NCBI RefSeq assembly: GCF_035285525.1
Contig: NZ_JAYKGW010000005.1
Coordinates: forward strand, 29,647-61,646
Reading direction: 5' to 3'
DNA length: 32,000 nt
Source of the DNA: Okeania sp.
GTDB taxonomy: Bacteria > Cyanobacteriota > Cyanobacteriia > Cyanobacteriales > Microcoleaceae
The notes beneath the pieces were generated by a model. It was not told where the DNA came from and made no database searches. It saw only the letters and a list, made by a program, of their open reading frames with translations. This document shows positions 28,066 to 32,000 of the stretch, in pieces (position 1 is the stretch's first letter; each line of letters opens with the position of its first letter). The position numbers and the translations under genes are program-made.

Positions 28066-29277
28066 GTGGATTTGCAATTTTTGGAAAAAGCTAATAATGA
28101 ACCAATTAATTTTTCTGAGATTAAAAAATATCATCGTTTGACTATTAAGGGGCAACCTGGTTCTGGAAAAACACTTTTATTAAAATATCTGGTTCTTTCT
28201 TGGGCGAGTCAAAAATTAAACAGTTCCTCCAATGAATATGTGCCGATTTTATTAGAATTATATCGCCTCAATGAAATAGAAATTTCTGCCCTCAATATCG
28301 AAGCATTAAAACAGAAATTAGTAGAAGCTTTAGATAGGGATGATTTTCCAAAAGCTAATTCTTTTGTCGAACAAAATCTCAAAAAAGGAAAATTATTTCT
28401 ATTATTTGATGGCTTAGATGAAGTGAAAAGTTTGATTCGCACTGAAGTTGTAAAAGCTATTAATGACTTATTAGATAAATACGATAAATGTCGAACAATT
28501 ATTACTTGTCGGGCAGCAGTTTATCGGAATGATTTTGCCAAATCAGTCGATAAAACATTAGATATTAAAGAATTTAGCGACAGACAAATGCGACTCTTTT
28601 TAGAAGCATGGAAATCGGAAATGCCACCCGAAAAATCTATCGATCAACTCATACAAACTTTGAGAGATAGACCTCTAATTATGGAGTTAGCAAGAAATCC
28701 TTTAATGTTGACTATTGTTGCTCATCTTTATACTCAACCTGCCTTTATTTTGCCTCAGTCTCGGTCAGATTTTTATCAAGAATCTACTCATATTTTATTG
28801 AATCAATGGCAGAATAATTTTAATCAATATAAAGAGAGCGCTCATAAACGGAGAGTTTTACAACATTTGGCTTTATTTGCTCAAGATAATGCTAGTAAAC
28901 AACAAAAAAATGACTTAAGTTTAGATTATCAAATTGTCTTAAAACAAATTAGAAAAATTTTACCTAATTTGAATCTTAATCCTGAAACAGATACTCAATC
29001 AATATTAAAAGAAATTGTCGAACGTAGTGGATTATTATTGGAAATTGAAAGAGGAGATAAATATCAATTTGCTCATTTAACTTTGCAAGAATATTTTGCA
29101 GCAACAGCTTTGAGAGATAGAGAAAATGAGTTAATAGAAAGGTTTAAAAATGACCCCGAACGTTGGCGAGAAACTGTTAAACTTTGGTGTGGTTTTGCCG
29201 GGAATAGTACGAATTTAATAGAAGTTATTTATCACGAAGATTCTCTCATAGCTTTTGAATGTTTAGCCGATGCTTAA
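28066..29277 (+). CDS. Fragment 2: NACHT-type P-loop NTPase domain
   Basis: Walker A GQPGSGKT (28150-28173), Walker B LFLLFDGLDE, then TCRAAVY, ARNPLMLTIVAHLY and FAHLTLQEYFAA. These are hallmark NACHT / winged-helix blocks. Confidence 0.8.
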   Translation: MDLQFLEKANNEPINFSEIKKYHRLTIKGQPGSGKTLLLKYLVLSWASQKLNSSSNEYVPILLELYRLNEIEISALNIEALKQKLVEALDRDDFPKANSFVEQNLKKGKLFLLFDGLDEVKSLIRTEVVKAINDLLDKYDKCRTIITCRAAVYRNDFAKSVDKTLDIKEFSDRQMRLFLEAWKSEMPPEKSIDQLIQTLRDRPLIMELARNPLMLTIVAHLYTQPAFILPQSRSDFYQESTHILLNQWQNNFNQYKESAHKRRVLQHLALFAQDNASKQQKNDLSLDYQIVLKQIRKILPNLNLNPETDTQSILKEIVERSGLLLEIERGDKYQFAHLTLQEYFAATALRDRENELIERFKNDPERWRETVKLWCGFAGNSTNLIEVIYHEDSLIAFECLADA

Positions 29278-29292
29278 GAAGTTTCTCCTATT

Positions 29293-29772
29293 TTGGTAGA
29301 GAAAATTATTGAAGAGTTTAAGCAAAAATTGGCAGAAGTAAATTATGATGAAAATTTAGCTAGAGCTTTTGGAGCAGTCGCTTCTGATGTTCGGGAAAGA
29401 GGTAGGGGAAAAGTTGTTTTTGAGTTTCTAGAAAATGCTTTGAAAAATTCTGAATCTTTAGAAGTTCGTAAAGCATCTATTAAGGCTTTATCTAAAACAA
29501 ATTTGCCACAAGCGGCGAATATTTTGTTTAATTATTATATGGATATTGATTTGGAAGATGCTCGTTTAGCACTTATTAATATGGGAGATATTACAGTTTC
29601 TTTATTGAAGGGTTTGGCAGAGAAAGGTTCGGAAACAGCAATGAGAGATTTAGTGAAAATTGGTACTCCCTATTCGAGAGAAGTTTTAAATAATTTACTA
29701 TATCATTCTGATGAGAATATTCAGAGGTTAGCTGCTTTAAATATTGCGGAATTTAGGAGTTTAAATAATTAA
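29293..29772 (+). CDS. Fragment 3: HEAT/armadillo-like helical repeat region
   Basis: Helical-repeat-like segments ...ALKNSESLEVRKASIKALSKTNLPQAANIL..., ...GSETAMRDLVKIGTP... and ...HSDENIQRLAALNIAEF. This is the usual C-terminal partner of cyanobacterial NACHT proteins. Confidence 0.55.
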   Translation: MVEKIIEEFKQKLAEVNYDENLARAFGAVASDVRERGRGKVVFEFLENALKNSESLEVRKASIKALSKTNLPQAANILFNYYMDIDLEDARLALINMGDITVSLLKGLAEKGSETAMRDLVKIGTPYSREVLNNLLYHSDENIQRLAALNIAEFRSLNN

Positions 29773-29792
29773 GTTTTCTAGAAGTAGGAAAT

Positions 29793-30593
29793 ATGGCAAA
29801 AGTTGATAAGGAATTTAATTTAAAAGATTGGGAATGGATAGCAGTTCATTTTCCAAAATCAGAAAGAGAAACTATGGCAAGAGTAGCTTGGTTGGTTTGT
29901 TCTAAATGTACTCCTGAAGAAATTTATCAGTATAATCTTGACCCAAGAATAGTTATTCCTTTGTGTGCGATACTATTGCTTGATAAAAAAGATTTTTTAG
30001 AGTTAAAAAACTTTCCCAAAAGCAAAGAAAAAGAAATTGATAGCTATTTGGCAATTTTAGAAAAATCAGAGAGAAAACAAGAAAATTATAATAGAGTCAA
30101 ACAAGAATTTATTAATCCAGCAATTAATTCTATTAATCCTAGTAAAAAATGGCTATCTCTGTTTCAAACTTTGGATATATATTTACAATTTTCCTTACTT
30201 TATAGCTTTATCAAATATCGTCGTATAACCCGTAATGATTGGCGTAATATTTTTCTAGATATAGAAAATTTAAGTATTAATTTTTATTTTTTAGTTGTTT
30301 TAATAATATCTCTAAGAGTAATAATGATATCAGATAATCAGTTAAATTCCTCTACAATTAAACAGATAATACTCTTATTTTTGCTCTTAAGTGGGCTTCT
30401 TTTATGGATAGTTTTACTATTTATTTTTTTCTGGAAAACAACCCTATTAGTTAAAATAATAAGTTTAGTTGCTTGCTCAATATTGTGGATTTACGGACAA
30501 AATATATATCGCAAACTTACTAATCCTCTGAGGAAAATTTTCCAATCTAATATTTCTCGAAGTCTAGCAAACCTAGATAGATTTAATAACTGA
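29793..30593 (+). CDS. Hypothetical protein with soluble N-terminal half and 3-4 C-terminal TM helices
   Basis: 266-aa ATG ORF 20 nt after fragment 3, with AGGAAAT just upstream. The hydrophobic segments are FYFLVVLIISLRVIMI, IILLFLLLSGLLLWIVLLFIFFW and LLVKIISLVACSILWIY. No family recognised. Confidence 0.55.
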   Translation: MAKVDKEFNLKDWEWIAVHFPKSERETMARVAWLVCSKCTPEEIYQYNLDPRIVIPLCAILLLDKKDFLELKNFPKSKEKEIDSYLAILEKSERKQENYNRVKQEFINPAINSINPSKKWLSLFQTLDIYLQFSLLYSFIKYRRITRNDWRNIFLDIENLSINFYFLVVLIISLRVIMISDNQLNSSTIKQIILLFLLLSGLLLWIVLLFIFFWKTTLLVKIISLVACSILWIYGQNIYRKLTNPLRKIFQSNISRSLANLDRFNN

Positions 30594-30899
30594 AGATTAG
30601 TAAATAAAAAATTATTCTCAATCTGAAAAAGGAATAAATATTAAAGTTCACAATCTGAAATTATCCTGACAAAAATATTGCTTGATTTAACTGACTTTCT
30701 CAAAACATTCGATAAGCGATCGCTCTTTAAATTTCACCCTTTATTTATTCCTAAATTCTCACTTTCTTTAATATATAGAAATAGCGATCGCGAAGCGGAA
30801 CGGAGTTTTATCCCTCTCTAATATTTCATCTTTTAAGGATTGGTAATTTAGGTAGAAAATTAATAGCTGAAGAGGCGATCTCCCTCAAAACTATCTTTT

Positions 30900-31006
30900 G
30901 TTGAATAAAAAGTCATGTGTATAGGCGAACAAACCCAGTTAAATATTATCATATCAGAAAAATTGTCAGGGCGCAACCCCTAAATCCTTCGATGCGCGGA
31001 TTTTTT
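30900..31006 (+). promoter_or_regulatory. Conserved ~107-nt element, copy 1: mini-ORF (30915-30983, 22 aa) plus hairpin and U-run
   Basis: GTTGAATAAAAAGTCATG.GTATAG.CGAACAAACCCAGTTAAATATTATCATATCAGAAAAATT... The hairpin is AAATCC(30982-30987)/GGATTT(30998-31003), followed by T6. Repeated at 31177 and 31692. Confidence 0.55.
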
Positions 31007-31021
31007 CAGGAGCTTCAGAGA

Positions 31022-31153
31022 ATGAGAATACTGATAATTTTCTGCTCAAGAGTGGTATGGAAAGATTTGAAGAGGAAGAAACACTATTCATGGGTGCTTC
31101 ATAAAATGAAAATATTTCTGGTATTGCTCTTGAGAAAATTCCCGAATATTTGA
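31022..31153 (+). CDS. Small ORF, 43 aa (MRILIIFCSRVVWKDLKRKKHYSWVLHKMKIFLVLLLRKFPNI), cassette 1
   Basis: GGAG box lies 9 nt upstream of the ATG. It is colinear without indels with the 41-aa ORF at 31817. Of the codon differences between the two copies, 7 are synonymous (ctg/ttg, ttc/ttt, aag/aaa, cat/cac, ata/atc, ctc/ctt, ttg/ctg). The ORF-track version starting at GTG 30917 reads through the terminator and is rejected. Confidence 0.4.
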   Translation: MRILIIFCSRVVWKDLKRKKHYSWVLHKMKIFLVLLLRKFPNI

Positions 31154-31176
31154 TTGTCTCCTGGCCATAAAATTAA

Positions 31177-31287
31177 GTTGAATAAAAAGTCATGCGTATA
31201 GACGAACAAACCCAGTTAAATATTATCATATCAGAAAAATTCTGAGAACGCAACCCCTAAATCCTTCGACGCGCGGATTTTTTTTTT
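31177..31287 (+). promoter_or_regulatory. Conserved ~107-nt element, copy 2 (mini-ORF 31192-31245, 17 aa; hairpin plus T10)
   Basis: Near-identical to copy 1. It is followed by GGGAG and a small ORF truncated after 8 codons (31303-31329, MTMLVIFH*), i.e. a decayed cassette. Confidence 0.55.
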
Positions 31288-31691
31288 CGGGAGTTTCAGA
31301 GAATGACAATGTTGGTGATTTTCCATTGAGGAGCTTAGATGGAAAAATTTAATGATGGGAAAATATGGATTTAGCGATCGCGAAGCGGAACGGAGTTCTA
31401 TCGCTCTCGCGGAACATAGTTCTATAACTTCCTAATATTTCATTCTTTTCAGTAGATTCTAATTTTGAAGATTTAGAAAAAAGCTGACTGCCGACTGTCG
31501 AAAACTTATCGAACTTCTTTTGTGAGAAAGCAACTGAAAATTCTTTGACACGGCGAATTTTTTGGGAGCTTCACACTCAGGAAAATATTCGTACTCTTCT
31601 ACTTAGGAGAAATAGATGGAAAGATTTGAGGAGAGAAAAACTACCATTTCTAGGAGCTTAACAAAACGCAAATTTTGGCCTAGGAAAATAG

Positions 31692-31800
31692 GTTGAATAA
31701 AAAGTCATGCGTATAGACGAACAACCCCAGTTAAATATTATGATATCAGAAAAATTGTCAGGATGCAACCCCTAAATTCTTCGGCGCGCCGATTTTTTTT
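31692..31800 (+). promoter_or_regulatory. Conserved ~107-nt element, copy 3 (mini-ORF 31707-31775, 22 aa; GC-rich hairpin plus T8)
   Basis: Same element. The terminator region is changed to AAATTCTTCGGCGCGCCGATTTTTTTT and can still form a hairpin (TCGG/CCGA). Confidence 0.55.
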
Positions 31801-31816
31801 AGGTAGCTCTTAGACA

Positions 31817-31942
31817 ATGAAAATATTGGTGATTTTTCAAAGGAGAGATAGATGGAAAGATTTGATTAGGAAAAACAACCATTTCCCGGAGCTTCACAAA
31901 ATGAAAATCTTTCTGGCATTGCTTCTGGGTAAATTATTTTGA
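31817..31942 (+). CDS. Small ORF, 41 aa (MKILVIFQRRDRWKDLIRKNNHFPELHKMKIFLALLLGKLF), cassette 3
   Basis: Homologous to 31022..31153 in the same frame. An internal second GGAG-N9-ATG lies at 31887-31903. A further copy of its 5' end (31959-32000, identical to 31801-31842) runs off the window. Confidence 0.4.
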   Translation: MKILVIFQRRDRWKDLIRKNNHFPELHKMKIFLALLLGKLF

Positions 31943-32000
31943 TGCTGGGATTTTTTTTAGGTAGCTCTTAGACAATGAAAATATTGGTGATTTTTCAAAG

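Larger units (their letters stand above)
27454..29772 (+). pseudogene. Single TM-NACHT-HEAT STAND NTPase reading frame interrupted by two in-frame TAA codons (pseudogene, read-through gene or deliberate three-way split)
   Basis: ORFs 27454..28056, 28066..29277 and 29293..29772 are all in frame 1. Only TAA at 28054-28056 and TAA at 29275-29277 separate them. Coding-like sequence continues across both stops (...RPLSL*EVYVDLQF... and ...ECLADA*EVSPILVEKII...). The downstream ORFs begin only at GTG/TTG and have no SD. Confidence 0.6.

Noticed and set aside
28209-28442. 77-aa - strand ORF inside the NACHT fragment
   Set aside because: Antisense to the region between Walker A and Walker B of a well-supported domain.
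30917-31153. 78-aa GTG-start ORF as given in the ORF track
   Set aside because: Its first 35 codons read through the conserved 107-nt element, including the hairpin and U-run. That frame is closed by stops in the other two copies of the element. Only the last 43 codons (from ATG 31022, preceded by GGAG) are conserved in frame with the copy at 31817.
30900-32000. Outright identification of the array as the NsiR1 heterocyst sRNA array with DIF1 (TCCGGA) promoters
   Set aside because: Only the organisation (terminator followed by the next unit, in tandem) and near-matches such as CCCGGA at 31885, TCAGGA and TCGGGA are reminiscent. Spacing to any -10-like hexamer is poor, and I cannot recall the NsiR1 sequence to compare. 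The GGAG-N9-ATG reading explains the conserved box at least as well. It is kept only as a hypothesis to test.
1-32000. tRNA, rRNA, tmRNA, RNase P and known riboswitch genes
   Set aside because: I scanned for T-loop-like GGTTCGA/GTTCAAAT contexts and for GC-rich structured blocks, and found nothing with cloverleaf-compatible pairing. The only GC-richer non-coding patches are repeats or the unassigned 14969-15062 segment.

Overview
AT-rich chromosomal segment that looks like a filamentous, Nostocales-type cyanobacterium. The basis is HIP1 octamers GCGATCGC (e.g. 3744, 15833, 30784), STRR-like heptamer satellites (AGGGAGT, CAGCTAT, CCTTCCG, CTGTTAA) and many hairpin or MITE-like intergenic repeats. 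I found no rRNA, tRNA or CRISPR array.

Most genes are ordinary housekeeping or envelope genes:
- DUF928 protein plus a filamentous-hemagglutinin-type TpsA exoprotein
- spermidine synthase
- two tandem bestrophin-family channel paralogs
- 4-alpha-glucanotransferase MalQ
- RodZ-like protein
- pseudouridine synthase
- DUF2993 protein
- CdsA and CbiT
- an Orn/Lys/Arg decarboxylase
- an NblS/Hik33-like histidine kinase
- a phasin-like protein and an FKBP isomerase

The last ~7 kb (25.3-32 kb) looks accessory and holds the two most unusual loci.
1. 27454-30593 is a membrane-anchored NACHT-HEAT STAND NTPase. Its reading frame is broken by two in-frame TAA codons that sit in the same 10-nt context, TAAGAAGTTT. 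A multi-pass membrane protein follows it.
2. 30900-32000 (running off the window) is a tandem array of cassettes. Each has a ~107-nt conserved element containing a 17-22 codon mini-ORF with an Ile triplet. That element ends in a hairpin plus U-run, followed directly by a GGAG box and a ~41-43 codon small ORF. Intact and decayed copies are interspersed.

All calls rest on reading the sequence and remembered family signatures. No database search was possible.
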